Below, piece by piece: positions 30,808 to 40,939 of a DNA stretch of 64,000 nucleotides. A program made the translations under genes and the position numbers. Position 1 is the stretch's first letter. Each line of letters starts with the position of its first letter. The notes beneath the pieces were generated by a model. It did no database searches and had not been told where the DNA came from. It saw only the letters and a list, made by a program, of their open reading frames with translations. The DNA is from an uncultured candidatus Brocadiaceae bacterium (GTDB taxonomy: Bacteria > Planctomycetota > Brocadiia > SM23-32). The stretch lies in the NCBI GenBank assembly GCA_964510315.1, contig CAZEAP010000011.1, positions 22,985 through 86,984 on the forward strand, given 5' to 3'.

Positions 30808-32875
30808 CGTGAAACACGCGACCACCGGCAAGCCGCCGCGGCGGGGCGCCCTGCTGCTGGTCCTTCTGCTGTTGGCAGGCGGACTTGCCGCCGGCCGACC
30901 GCAGAGGCCGGGAGGGCCCATTGAACTCCCCCTCTCCTCCGAGGCGGAGGGCCGGCTCCAGGCCGCCGCTCGCCTGACGGCCAGGCAGCAGTGGGAACTG
31001 GCCGTGCCCTTGCTGCAGGAGGTTGTCGAGCAGGAAGACAACCGCCTTGTCGCGGTGGGAGCTACCTACCAACCCGCCCGCCGCCGGGCCACGGCCATGA
31101 TTGCCGGACTTCCGCCGGAGGCCCAACGGGTCTACCGCCTCCTCTATGAACCGCACGCGCGCACCCTCTGTCGGGAAGCGGTGAAGCGACGTTCGCCCCG
31201 GCTGCTGCGCCAGGTGGTCCGGCGTTACCTGAACACCGGCCCCGGTGTCCGTGCCGCCGGTGCACTGGGCGCCCTGCTGATGGATGCCGGCGAATATGCC
31301 GCCGCGCTGCGGGTGCTCCGTGCCACGGAACTCCTGTCCCTGGGGCCCAAACAGCGTGCCCCCCTCCTGGCCCGGAAGCTGGTATGCCTGGGCCACCTCG
31401 GGCGCACCGAACAGGCCGAAGCCGCCGTGCGAGCGGCGCGCGCCGGGGGTGTGGAAGAACTCAAAGTGGGAGACCGAACATGGGCGCCCGGCCGGTTCGC
31501 TGCCGCCGTCTTCCGGGCCGCCCGGCGGAAGCACCGCCGCCCTGCCCTCCGCCCGACTCCTCACTTCGGCGACCAGCTTCCCGACGGGACCACTTTGCCC
31601 CTCACCATGGAGAGCCCCGGAGCCGACGGCGGCTTTCCTCCCGGCATGCCGGTCGCGGTGAAAGATACCCTCTTCCTGAAGCGGGGGGACGGCGTGGTGG
31701 CGGTGGACCTGGCTCGGCCGGCAGTCCGATGGCGGGCCTGGGGGCCGGGCGCGCTTCGCGCCGCGGCATACGCGCTGGTGGGACGGCCGGCCGGCGTCGA
31801 ACCCCGGCCCCTGTTCTTGCCTTTGGAGAGCCTGCAGGCATGGCGCCAGGCCAACCAGGGGCTGTCCACGGTTTCGGCGGGCGAAGGGCGCGCATACGCC
31901 GTGCACGTCGATTGGGGGGATGTCCGCATCCCCGACACTCCCTGGGAAGCCACACCCGAGGAGGTGGACTTCCGCAATGTCCTGCGGTGCTACGCGGGCG
32001 AGACGGGCCGGCTTCGGTGGTCGGCCGGGGGCGACGATGGTGATCTGGCGGGGTACTGGTTTTTCACGGCGCCGGCCCTGGATCGCGGACGCGCGTACGT
32101 ACTGGGGGAACGGGAGGGGCGGTTGTGGGCCGTCTGCCTCGATGCGGACACCGGTCGGCCTCTCTGGACCACGCGGATCGGGGCGTTCCGGTCCCGCCGG
32201 GACATTTCGCGTTATGTCAAGGAGTTCTATTACGCCGACGCCTCTCCCCCGGCCGTAGCCCGGGGAGTGGCTCTGTTCCCGACCGGCCAGGGAGTACTGT
32301 GCGGCCTGGATGCCTACAGCGGCGAGATGCTGTGGGTTGCTCCCTACGAACGCGCGGAGAGGCGGATGAACCACCTCGGCACCCCCCTGGTTGTCCCTGC
32401 GGGGCCCTGGCGGGTGCGGAGGCCCTGCACGGTGGACGGTGTCTTCGTCATCGCCCCCTGCGACAGCCGGAGCGTCATGGCGGTCCGTCCCCTCGATGGT
32501 TCATTCCCCTGGCACCGTCGCCACCCCCGCGGGGAAGCCGTACTGGGCGGACCGGACGGCCGCATATGCCTGCAGCACGCCGGCCTGACCTGCGTGCACG
32601 CCCGAACAGGGCGGGTTGTGTGGGAGGAAGACGAGGTGCGTCCGGCCACGGGCGCCGGCGCCCTGGGAACCGACCGGCTTTACGTCCCCACCCCCGCGGG
32701 ACTGTCAGTTCGGGGTGCGGCCACCGGCGAGGCGACCGGGCTGCTGGAGTGGCCGTGCGGCCGGCCTCCCCGAGGCGACCTGATGCTCCTGGAGGAAGCC
32801 CTTCTGGCCGTCGAGCCGGGCCGGCTGGTATTCTATCAAGCCCCCAACGCCCAAACGGCACGGCGGACGCGTTGA
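30808..32875 (+). CDS. Secreted PQQ-like beta-propeller repeat protein (BamB/PQQ enzyme-repeat family)
   Basis: The GTG at 30808 (aaggaag SD) yields signal peptide MKHATTGKPPRRGALLLVLLLLAGGLAAG. Multiple blade motifs are present (VCLDADTGRPLWTTRIG, LDAYSGEMLWVAP, CVHARTGRVVWEE). Confidence 0.75.
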
Positions 32876-32988
32876 GCGGCGACCGCCCCTGTCTGCTTGC
32901 CGATGCAGGGAGGGACCGTTATCGTGAATACTGCAGCCCGGAGGGGCTTTCGGGCGGATAAGGACCAGATAGAGGAGGAGCACAAGCG

Positions 32989-34041
32989 TTGCGCCTTCCG
33001 CTGAAAGCCTGGGTGTGTCTGAGCGTTCTGGCGGCGGGGCTCATGGGTGCCGCCCCACCGGCGGAAGGGCCTTCGCCCGGACGCGAGCTGACCCCCGCGG
33101 CGCGCCGCGCGGTGGAAAAAGGACTGAGATACCTCGTGAGAACTCAGAACCCCGAGGGAAGCTGGTTCAGCCGGGGGCACGTGGGCCGGTTTCCGGTGGC
33201 GATCACCTCGCTCTGCGGGCTGGCGCTCCTGGAGAGCGGTAGCACGGCCTACAGCGGCCCCCACGCCGGGAACGTCCGGCGGGCGGCCGATTACGTGCTG
33301 AGCCGGGCGGACCCCGAGACGGGCCTCATCGGGGCGAACGAGTCGGCCCGTCCAATGTTCGGGCACGGTTTTGCCATGCTGTTCCTGGCGGAAGTCTACG
33401 GCTCGGAGGCGCAAACCGCGCTCCGGGCGCGCATCCGGGACGCTCTCGGCCGGGCCGTGCAGTTGACCACCCGTTCCCAGAGCGACAGGGGTGGATGGTT
33501 CTACACCCCTGAGAGCGAAGAGGACGAGGGCGCCGTGACCATAACCCAGGTGCAGGGCCTGCGGGCCTGCGCGGACGCCGGAATACCGGTGCCGGAGCAA
33601 ACTGTCCGGCGCGCGATGGACTATATCCGGGGGTCGGCGCGCCCCGATGGGGGAATCGCCTACAAGGTGGACCACCCCGGCGGCAGCCGACCCGCCATAA
33701 CCTGCGCCGCCGTTGCAACCATGTACGCAGCGGGCACCTATGAGGGTGAGCTGGTGGAGAACGCACTGGACTACGCGTTGCGGAACGTCCCGACGTCCGC
33801 TCCGCGGCCCACGGGCGGGTCACACTTCTACTACGCCCATCTTTACCTCTCCCAGGTGCTGTACTTCCGGGACGGCACGGCGTGGCGGGACTACTTCGCG
33901 GACATCACACGGTGGCTGGTGGAGGTGCAGAAGGACGACGGGAGTTGGGTTGGGGAGTACATCGGGAAGGGCTACGGCACCGCGGTTGCCCTGTTGATCA
34001 TGCAGCTGCCCCGGCATGCCTTGCCGGTGCTGCAACGGTAG
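32989..34041 (+). CDS. Secreted prenyltransferase/squalene-oxidase-repeat (alpha/alpha-toroid) protein
   Basis: TTG start with ggagg upstream; signal peptide; repeats QNPEGSWFS, QSDRGGWFY, RPDGGIAY, KDDGSWVGEY typical of terpene-cyclase-like repeats. Confidence 0.7.
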   Translation: MRLPLKAWVCLSVLAAGLMGAAPPAEGPSPGRELTPAARRAVEKGLRYLVRTQNPEGSWFSRGHVGRFPVAITSLCGLALLESGSTAYSGPHAGNVRRAADYVLSRADPETGLIGANESARPMFGHGFAMLFLAEVYGSEAQTALRARIRDALGRAVQLTTRSQSDRGGWFYTPESEEDEGAVTITQVQGLRACADAGIPVPEQTVRRAMDYIRGSARPDGGIAYKVDHPGGSRPAITCAAVATMYAAGTYEGELVENALDYALRNVPTSAPRPTGGSHFYYAHLYLSQVLYFRDGTAWRDYFADITRWLVEVQKDDGSWVGEYIGKGYGTAVALLIMQLPRHALPVLQR

Positions 34042-34071
34042 AGGGCCATTTGGGCTGAGGAGGATTTCGGA

Positions 34072-35151
34072 ATGTCCGATGAGCAGCGGGAAGCGATGCC
34101 GGAGACCGACCGGGAAGCCGTGGACCACTTGCACGAGGCTTACGGGAGGATCCGCGAACAGCTCTCCAAAGCCATCGTCGGCCAGCAGGACGTGCTGGAA
34201 CAGATGCTGATCTGTCTGCTGGCCGGAGGCCACGCCATCCTGGAGGGCGTGCCCGGACTGGCCAAAACCCTCATGGTCAGGACGCTGGCCCGCTGCCTGT
34301 CTCTGAGCTTCAGCCGAATCCAGTTCACTCCCGACCTGATGCCAGGGGACATTACCGGCACCGAGGTGATCGAGGAAGACCGGACGACCGGAACGCGGGA
34401 GACGCGTTTCATCAAGGGGCCCGTCTTTGCAAACGTCGTCCTGGCCGACGAGATAAACCGGACGCCGCCGAAGACCCAGGCCGCCCTGCTGGAGGCCATG
34501 CAGGAGAAGCAGGTCACCTTCGGCGGGGTGCGCCGCGAACTGCCCCGCCCCTTCTTCGTGCTGGCCACCCAGAACCCCATCGAACAGGAAGGCACCTACC
34601 CACTGCCCGAAGCCCAGCAGGACCGCTTTATGTTCAAGATCGTGGTCTCCTACCCCTCCTGGGAGGAGGAGTTTCGCATCATGCACCTCAGCCCGGCCGA
34701 GTCGTGGCTGTCGGTGGAGCCGGTCCTGGGTGCCGAGGAGATACTGACGCTTCAGCAGACGGTCGGGAACGTGCCCGTGGCCGACTACGTGGTACATTAC
34801 GCGATGAAGCTGGCCCGCCGCACCCGGCCCGGGGAAGCGGGTGAAGTGCCCGACTACATAGAGGACTGGGTGCGCTGGGGCATCGGGCCGAGGGGCTGCC
34901 AGTTTATGATTCAGGCCGCCAGGGCGCGGGCGCTGCTGCGGCGACGCTCCCACGTTTCCATCGAGGACATCCGGGCGGTGGCCCGGCCCATCATGCGGCA
35001 TCGCCTGGTGACCACCTTCGCCGCCGCCAGTGACGAGGTGACCCCGGACGACATCGTGGGGCGGCTCATCGAGGACACGCCGGCCAGGAAAGGCGCTCTG
35101 AGCGACGATGAGAGAGTCCAGGAAGTACTTAGATCCGGAGACGCTGAGTAA
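34072..35151 (+). CDS. MoxR-family AAA+ ATPase
   Basis: IVGQQDVLEQMLICLLAGGHAILEGVPGLAKTL (Walker A), ADEINR (Walker B), and the typical MoxR C-terminus. gaggagg SD. Confidence 0.9.
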   Translation: MSDEQREAMPETDREAVDHLHEAYGRIREQLSKAIVGQQDVLEQMLICLLAGGHAILEGVPGLAKTLMVRTLARCLSLSFSRIQFTPDLMPGDITGTEVIEEDRTTGTRETRFIKGPVFANVVLADEINRTPPKTQAALLEAMQEKQVTFGGVRRELPRPFFVLATQNPIEQEGTYPLPEAQQDRFMFKIVVSYPSWEEEFRIMHLSPAESWLSVEPVLGAEEILTLQQTVGNVPVADYVVHYAMKLARRTRPGEAGEVPDYIEDWVRWGIGPRGCQFMIQAARARALLRRRSHVSIEDIRAVARPIMRHRLVTTFAAASDEVTPDDIVGRLIEDTPARKGALSDDERVQEVLRSGDAE

Positions 35152-36001
35152 GATCAGCGGCCTGTCGCTGCGGGCACGCCACGTGGTGGAAGGCTCCATG
35201 GCCGGCATCCACCCCAGCCCCTACCACGGGCTGAACGTCGAGTTCGCCGAACACCGGCCCTACACCCCGGGACATGAATTGAAGCACATCGATTGGAAGC
35301 TGTGGGCGCGCTCTGACCGCCTCTACGTGAAGCTCTTCGAGGCGGAGACCAACGTGCGGGCGCACTTCGTGGTGGACGGCAGCCGCTCGATGGCCTACCG
35401 GTCCGGTGCAATGAGCAAGTACGATTACGCCGCCACGCTGGCTGCCAGCCTCGCACACGTCCTGCTGACCCAGCAGGACGCGGTCAGCCTCCGGCTGCTC
35501 CACTCCCACGTCTCGGCGGAACTTCCGCCCGCTGCCGGCCCGGCGCAACTGGAGCCCTTTTGCCGACTGCTGGAGGACCACACGCCGGCCGGCTCCACCG
35601 ACATGGGCGTGCCGCTCCAGCAGGTCGCCGACCGCATAGAGCCGCGGGGGGTGATCATCCTGATCAGCGACCTGATCGCGCCCCTGGAGGAGGTGGCCGC
35701 CGCTCTGCGGCGCTTCCGCTACGAGAAGCACGCCGTGATCCTCGTCCACGTAGCGGACCCCGCCGAGGAGAAGTTTCCCTTCCGGGGACGGCTCCGCTTC
35801 GAAGACATGGAATCCCCCCGTCGGGTCGCCGCCGACGCGGAGGAGATCCGAGCGGCCTACCTGGAGTCCTACCGACGGTTCCGCCGGCAGGTGGAGCAGG
35901 AATGCCTGCAACAGGAGGCAGATTACCTGGAGGTGCGCACCGACCAGCGACTGGACCTCACCCTGGCCCGATTCCTGCGGGCCACCGCAACGCGGCGCTG
36001 A
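35108..36001 (+). CDS. DUF58 (VWA-like) protein, the usual partner of MoxR
   Basis: G.H.S...G.EF...R.Y..GD....IDWK..AR...L.VK.FE.E block (HPSPYHGLNVEFAEHRPYTPGHELKHIDWKLWARSDRLYVKLFEAE). Overlaps the moxR end by 44 nt. Confidence 0.8.
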   Translation: MRESRKYLDPETLSKISGLSLRARHVVEGSMAGIHPSPYHGLNVEFAEHRPYTPGHELKHIDWKLWARSDRLYVKLFEAETNVRAHFVVDGSRSMAYRSGAMSKYDYAATLAASLAHVLLTQQDAVSLRLLHSHVSAELPPAAGPAQLEPFCRLLEDHTPAGSTDMGVPLQQVADRIEPRGVIILISDLIAPLEEVAAALRRFRYEKHAVILVHVADPAEEKFPFRGRLRFEDMESPRRVAADAEEIRAAYLESYRRFRRQVEQECLQQEADYLEVRTDQRLDLTLARFLRATATRR

Positions 36002-36007
36002 GAAACC

Positions 36008-36039
36008 GGCGGCCCTTTGCACGGATGCAAAGGGCCGCC
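36008..36039. terminator. Perfect 13-bp GC-rich hairpin between the convergent DUF58 and rpsU genes (candidate bidirectional terminator)
   Basis: ggcggccctttgc-acggat-gcaaagggccgcc read directly. No flanking U-run. Confidence 0.5.
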
Positions 36040-36055
36040 AGGTGTCCAGGCGTCT

Positions 36056-36250
36056 TCAGCTTTGCGCTTTCTGGGCTTTCCGGATGGTCTTCATGCGCTC
36101 TCTGCGCTCGCGGCGCCGCCGTTCGGACGGCTTCTCATAGCGCGTAATACGCCTTGATCTGTTGACGATTCCTTCTCGCTGACACAGCTTCTTAAAGCGA
36201 CGAAGGGCGTCCTTGACAGATTCACCCTTTCGAACCGTAATCTTCGCCAT
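36056..36250 (-). CDS. rpsU: 30S ribosomal protein S21
   Basis: MAKITVRKGESVKDALRRFKKLCQREGIV...RRRERRERMK. tgaggaggtgag lies upstream of the ATG at 36250. Confidence 0.9.
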   Translation of the reverse strand: MAKITVRKGESVKDALRRFKKLCQREGIVNRSRRITRYEKPSERRRRERRERMKTIRKAQKAQS

Positions 36251-36464
36251 CGGCGAGCAACTCACCTCCTCACAATCCCGTCGAAGGCCGTGGAAAGCAG
36301 GCACAACCCTATCCCAATTCTGTTGAGCACTATACCTGTTTTGGAACGCGCGTTCAAGCTCCCGCGCCTTTGAGTCATCCGCTGTGAGCGGGAGAGGAAC
36401 GTGGCCGGCCGGTAGGGCGGATGGGCCGGCGGCCCCGGCGCATCCGGAGATCGCCCTGCTGGTC

Positions 36465-37952
36465 TCAAGCGCTTTTGGAGCGCCGCTGCCCCTCCATATG
36501 CCCCCTGACCAGCCTCTGGAACTCCTCCCCCCGCTGGCGGTAGTTGTTGAACATGTCGTAGCTGGCGCAGCCGGGGGAGAAAAGCACCGTCGTCCCCGGC
36601 ATGGACAGTTCGAGGGCCTGCCGCACGGCCTCCTGCAGGGACTGCGCCTCCCGGATGATCACCGAGCGACCGGAGCAGAGGCTCTCGCGCCGGGTTCGGC
36701 GGGCCAGCAGGGGTCCGGTCTGCCCGAGGGTGATCAGCACTTCAACCGACTCGGCCGCGGCTCGGGCAACCGGGGTCAGATCGAGCTTCTTGTCGTAACC
36801 GCCAGCCACCAGAACCAGCGGAGCCGGGAAGCTCTTCAGCGCGGCCACCGCCGACTCAGGGGTCGTGCTGTAGGAGTCGTCGTAGAAGCGGACTCCCTCT
36901 ACATGCCCCACCGGCTCGAGCCGGTGGGCCAGCCCCTGGAAGGTGCGCAGAACCCTGCGGACGGCCTCGGCCGGTGTCCCCAGGCAGCGCGCGGCGGCAG
37001 CCGCCGCCATGGCGTTCTCCACGTTATGGAATCCAGGCAGCTCTATGTCTGTCCGGGCGCAGAGCACCTCTTCGGTCCGTTCGCCCTTCCAGACGAGGCG
37101 ACCTTCCACCAGGCTGATGCCGGGGCGCAGCCGGGCGGAGTCCGGCGACGAGTCGAAAAACCTTACCTGCCCCGGCAGGCCCTGCTCCGCCCAATCGCCG
37201 AGCACTTCGCTCCGCGCGTTCAGAACCGCGTAGTCCGCTTTCGACTGGAACTGGACGATGTGCCGTTTGGCCGCCGCATAATTGTCAAAGCCACCGTGCC
37301 AGGACAGGTGGTTGGGGGTGAGGCTGGTGACCACGCCGACGTGGGGGGACCACCGGAGGTCGCCGGCGTCACTGAGCTGGAAACTGGACAGCTCCAGCAC
37401 CACCAGGTCCTGCTCCTCCACTCGCGGCAGTGCGCCCAGAAGTGAGACGCCGATGTTGCCCCCGGTCCAGACCCGCCGGCCGGACCGCTCCAGCATCGCG
37501 GCCAGCAGCGCGGTGGTGGTCGACTTCCCGTTGCTGCCGGTCACGCCGGCCACGGGCGCAGTGCAGAGATCCAGAAACAAGTTCATGGGGCTGGTCAGGG
37601 GCACGCCCGCCTCTTCGGCAGCTTTCAGGAACGAGTTGTTTCTGGGGACGGCGGGATTGGCAACGACCAGGTCGGCGCCGGTGAAATCGCTCTTCCGGTG
37701 TTGCTCCAGGCGGTAGCGCACCGGCAGGGTGCTGAGGCGTCTGATTGGATCGGCCAGGCGCTCGGCCGACCGCAGGTCGGTGACGGTAACTTCAGCACCC
37801 CGGCGGCTGAGGAAGCGTGCCGCCCCCTCGCCTCCCCCGAACAGACCGAGGCCCATCAGCGTAACGCGCTTTCCCGGAAGATCAGAAAGAAGGGATCGGA
37901 GCCGCTCTCCGGAGCAGAGGGCGGCCGGGACGCGGCCGGGATTATCGGTCAT
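36465..37952 (-). CDS. murD: UDP-N-acetylmuramoyl-L-alanine--D-glutamate ligase
   Basis: GLGLFGGG N-terminal Rossmann fold, GVTGSNGKSTTT ATP-binding motif, Mur-ligase C-terminal domain. The ATG at 37952 overlaps the stop of the upstream lipoprotein gene (ATGA). Confidence 0.9.
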   Translation of the reverse strand: MTDNPGRVPAALCSGERLRSLLSDLPGKRVTLMGLGLFGGGEGAARFLSRRGAEVTVTDLRSAERLADPIRRLSTLPVRYRLEQHRKSDFTGADLVVANPAVPRNNSFLKAAEEAGVPLTSPMNLFLDLCTAPVAGVTGSNGKSTTTALLAAMLERSGRRVWTGGNIGVSLLGALPRVEEQDLVVLELSSFQLSDAGDLRWSPHVGVVTSLTPNHLSWHGGFDNYAAAKRHIVQFQSKADYAVLNARSEVLGDWAEQGLPGQVRFFDSSPDSARLRPGISLVEGRLVWKGERTEEVLCARTDIELPGFHNVENAMAAAAAARCLGTPAEAVRRVLRTFQGLAHRLEPVGHVEGVRFYDDSYSTTPESAVAALKSFPAPLVLVAGGYDKKLDLTPVARAAAESVEVLITLGQTGPLLARRTRRESLCSGRSVIIREAQSLQEAVRQALELSMPGTTVLFSPGCASYDMFNNYRQRGEEFQRLVRGHMEGQRRSKSA

Positions 37953-38701
37953 CACGACTCCTCGGGGAGCGGTTTGCCAGTTTGTTCGGCCTCTGCGGTC
38001 TTCTGCGCCGGCTGCTCCTCGCACGCCTCTCCAAGGAATGCCGCCAGGCTGCCCGCGGTATCCCGGATTGTATGCTTCATCGCGAACCCGTCCCGCAGGT
38101 TGCGGGGGTTCGGCCCGAAGGGCGTGTTGTACATGCCCCGACGTCGGTCCACAAACTCCAGGACCAGGTCGCCGGTGCTTTCTTCGGTCAGGCGCCCCTC
38201 AACCTGGAAGTCCGTAGCTCCCAATTCCATGAACGGAACCAGGCAGCTCAGGTAGCGCAGCAGGCCGGAGCCCTGGTTGAACCGCGTGACCTTCCCCTCC
38301 AGCCGGAGCACTTTATGCGCATCGCGGGACTGCGGGCCGGTTTCTTCATCCAGAGTGACGAACTGGAACACCCCCAGGGCGCTCAACTCCCGGTGGAGCA
38401 GGACTCTCAAGAAAGTGGTGTAGCCCAGGGCCTCCCTTGAAGGCTCCACCCACCCCTCGCCCACGCTGAAGTCCCCCACCACAACGCCCCGGCAGCGGCG
38501 CACGCTCAACTCCCCCGGCGCGTATACGAGCGAAACGAGGGGCTCGTGTTCGGCCGTCATACGCTCGTAATCCAGGACGTACTCATAGGAGGGGACAGGT
38601 TGTGGAGCGCGGCAGCCAACGTTTGGCACGACGGCCACCGCCACCAGAACGAAAAGGGGGGGGAGGAGGAGTCTGCTACGTCTCCTACGGCGCTGCTGCA
38701 T
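37952..38701 (-). CDS. Hypothetical lipoprotein
   Basis: MQQRRRRRSRLLLPPLFVLVAVAVVPNVGC lipobox; 249 aa; no recognisable enzymatic motif. Confidence 0.6.
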   Translation of the reverse strand: MQQRRRRRSRLLLPPLFVLVAVAVVPNVGCRAPQPVPSYEYVLDYERMTAEHEPLVSLVYAPGELSVRRCRGVVVGDFSVGEGWVEPSREALGYTTFLRVLLHRELSALGVFQFVTLDEETGPQSRDAHKVLRLEGKVTRFNQGSGLLRYLSCLVPFMELGATDFQVEGRLTEESTGDLVLEFVDRRRGMYNTPFGPNPRNLRDGFAMKHTIRDTAGSLAAFLGEACEEQPAQKTAEAEQTGKPLPEES

Positions 38702-38737
38702 CGGCGGACCCGTTCCAATCAGGGGCTAACGGCAAGC

Positions 38738-39601
38738 TCAGTCCGAGACTCGGACCTCGGCAACTTTCACGTCCGCCGGACGCACAACCAGTTCGGCACG
38801 CCGGTTCTTACGGCGCCCTCCCGCGGTGCCGTTGGAAGCCACCGGTCGGGTGGAGCCGCAGCCGGTCGCCGAGAGGCGCTTCGGCTCGAATCCGCCCGAT
38901 TCAATCAGGTAGTTCACCACTGAAAGGGCGCGCGCGCAGGACAAGTGCCAGTTGGACTCGTAGGAGGAATAGCGGATGGGGACGCTGTCGGTGTGACCCC
39001 GAACCTCGATGGCAGCGTCCGGATAGTCCCTGCGAATGGCCCGTGCGGCCTCGCGCAGGGTACTCTTGCCCTGGTCGGTCAGTTCGGCCTGGCCGGAACC
39101 GAACAGCACTCCGGAAAGGATCGTGTAGGTAATGGTGTGCTCCCCTCGGGTAACCTGGACGCCGTCCGGAGCGGTCGGGGTGCCGGCGGAGGTGTCGGCC
39201 TGGAGGGTGGCGCGTTGCTTGCGTACTTTCTCATAGGCTTCCAGCAGCGCCTTCTGCTGTGCCCGTTCTTTCTCCAGAGCCGCCCGCGTCTGGCGAAGTT
39301 CGCCTTCGCGCTCCTTCAGCTCTGCGGAAAGCTCATTGACCGTAGCCGACATTTCCTCCACTTCGTCGCTGCCTTCGCCATCGTAGTAGTGATCGGCGGC
39401 GATGGCCCCGGCCGTTGCCCCCAGGCCAAGACCCACTACGCCCCCGGTCAGGCCACCGGCACCGCCGATATAGTGGCCGATGGCGGCGCCTGTCGTTCCT
39501 CCGACGGCGCCGCCAGCGGCCGATCCTTTCTGCACCGAAGTGCAGCCCGTCATCAACGCCAGCCCGGCGGCTACACATACGATCAATATCCTGTCAGCCA
39601 T
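38738..39601 (-). CDS. OmpA/MotB-like peptidoglycan-binding lipoprotein with an N-terminal glycine-zipper segment and a coiled coil
   Basis: Lipobox LALMTGC; glycine zipper GAAIGHYIGGAGGLTGGVVGLGLGATAGAIA; heptad-like ELKEREGELRQTRAALEKERAQQKALLEAYEK; OmpA_C block SGVLFGSGQAELTDQGKSTLREAARAI...IEVRGHTDS...N..LS.ARA..V..YL...G....RL...G.G...P.A...T..GRR.NRR.ELVV. ggaggg SD. Confidence 0.8.
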   Translation of the reverse strand: MADRILIVCVAAGLALMTGCTSVQKGSAAGGAVGGTTGAAIGHYIGGAGGLTGGVVGLGLGATAGAIAADHYYDGEGSDEVEEMSATVNELSAELKEREGELRQTRAALEKERAQQKALLEAYEKVRKQRATLQADTSAGTPTAPDGVQVTRGEHTITYTILSGVLFGSGQAELTDQGKSTLREAARAIRRDYPDAAIEVRGHTDSVPIRYSSYESNWHLSCARALSVVNYLIESGGFEPKRLSATGCGSTRPVASNGTAGGRRKNRRAELVVRPADVKVAEVRVSD

Positions 39602-39956
39602 CGTCCTCTCCCTCCGTTCCCAGTATCGACCTTTCTGACTATGACTCTACGCAAACGCCGAAGAGCTTTTCAAGAAGTCGCCGGTGCGACGCTGCCTCCC
39701 GCCTCACCAGGCCTCCTCTCCCCTCCGGCAGGGCCGGGACACGGAGAGACCCATATTGTCGTAGGCCGTTCCCGAAAAGTCGCTTAGGACAACTCCACTG
39801 CCCCTGTAAGCAGAACAACGAGAAGCTGTCCGCGCCACGAAGGAGGCCAAAAAAGCTTCGGCCAAAAAACGGGGGGCTATGCGACCGAACCACTGGTCGC
39901 GTAGAGGGGGTGAGACGCGCCGGCGCCGCCGGCTGTCCACGCGCGTGCCGAGGTGG

Positions 39957-40937
39957 TCAGAAGACCTGGCCCATCTGCTCCATGAAGCGGGGAACGGCCG
40001 GACCGAGAATGACCACGAAGATGGCGGGGAATATGAAGAAGATCAGCGGAAACAGGAGCTTCACACTGATCTTCGCGGCGCGCTCCTCCGCGTTCTGACG
40101 CCGCTTGCGTCGAAGGGTTTCGGAGTGGATGCGGAGGGAATCTCCCAGGTTGGTACCGAAGCGGGCCGACTGGTTGATCCTCGCCGTCAGGCTTTCGACC
40201 TCCTCGCAGCCGGTCCGCAACGCCAGGTGGCGGAGACACTCGTCCCTGGGTTTGCCCGCACCTACTTCCAGGTTCAGCAGGGCAAGCTCCTCGCACAGTT
40301 CGGGGGCGACGTCCCCGAGTTCCTTGCTTACACGGACCATGGCCGCATCGAGGCCGAGACCCGCCTCGACGCAGACGATCAGCAGGTCGAGGGCGTCGGG
40401 CAGGCTGAGCCGAATATTCCGTATGCGCGCTTCAGCCTTTCGGCGCAGCCAGATGTTGGGCACCATCAGGCCGAACACTATTGCCAGGGCGGCGTAGATA
40501 ACGATGTTCTGCAGGCTGGGCCCGGCGGCCCCGGTCGCCTTCGCCCGCCACAGCAGAAAGGCCACCACCGAGGAGGGAAACGCCAGCGCGAGGGCAACCT
40601 TCGCGCCGAGGAACACTTCCACCGCGCCCTTACGACGTATGCCTGCGTGGACCAGCGTCTCCTGGAGCTGGCTGTGCACGGTGTCCCCCAGGCGCCAGGC
40701 GTGGGAGAGGTGCCGGACCAACCGCAGGGGCAGGGGCAGTTTTGAACGCTTGGAGCGGCCTTGCTGTTTGTTCTTTGTCTTCGCGGCGGCCGATTGTTCG
40801 CTTTTCCCGGCCCCTGTTCCCAGCCGGTCGGAGGCCTTGGAGCCGCCCTTCTTCTCCATCACGATCGCAAGCACCACAAAGACGCCCAACACGGCGCAGA
40901 ATATGCCGCCCAGAAGTATGATGTTGGCAATGTTCAT
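39957..40937 (-). CDS. tadC: Tad pilus assembly inner-membrane protein TadC (T2SS F-domain)
   Basis: T2SSF-like helical domain with flanking TM helices. The ATG at 40937 lies 2 nt after the tadB stop. Confidence 0.8.
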   Translation of the reverse strand: MNIANIILLGGIFCAVLGVFVVLAIVMEKKGGSKASDRLGTGAGKSEQSAAAKTKNKQQGRSKRSKLPLPLRLVRHLSHAWRLGDTVHSQLQETLVHAGIRRKGAVEVFLGAKVALALAFPSSVVAFLLWRAKATGAAGPSLQNIVIYAALAIVFGLMVPNIWLRRKAEARIRNIRLSLPDALDLLIVCVEAGLGLDAAMVRVSKELGDVAPELCEELALLNLEVGAGKPRDECLRHLALRTGCEEVESLTARINQSARFGTNLGDSLRIHSETLRRKRRQNAEERAAKISVKLLFPLIFFIFPAIFVVILGPAVPRFMEQMGQVF

Positions 40938-40939
40938 GA

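Noticed and set aside
39860-39940. Intrinsic terminator just downstream of tadC (hairpin gcgaccagtggttcggtcgc followed by ...ccccccguuuuuugg on the minus strand)
   Set aside because: The U-run is ~11 nt away from the stem and a second weak GGCC hairpin intervenes. It is too non-canonical to call without RNA-end data.
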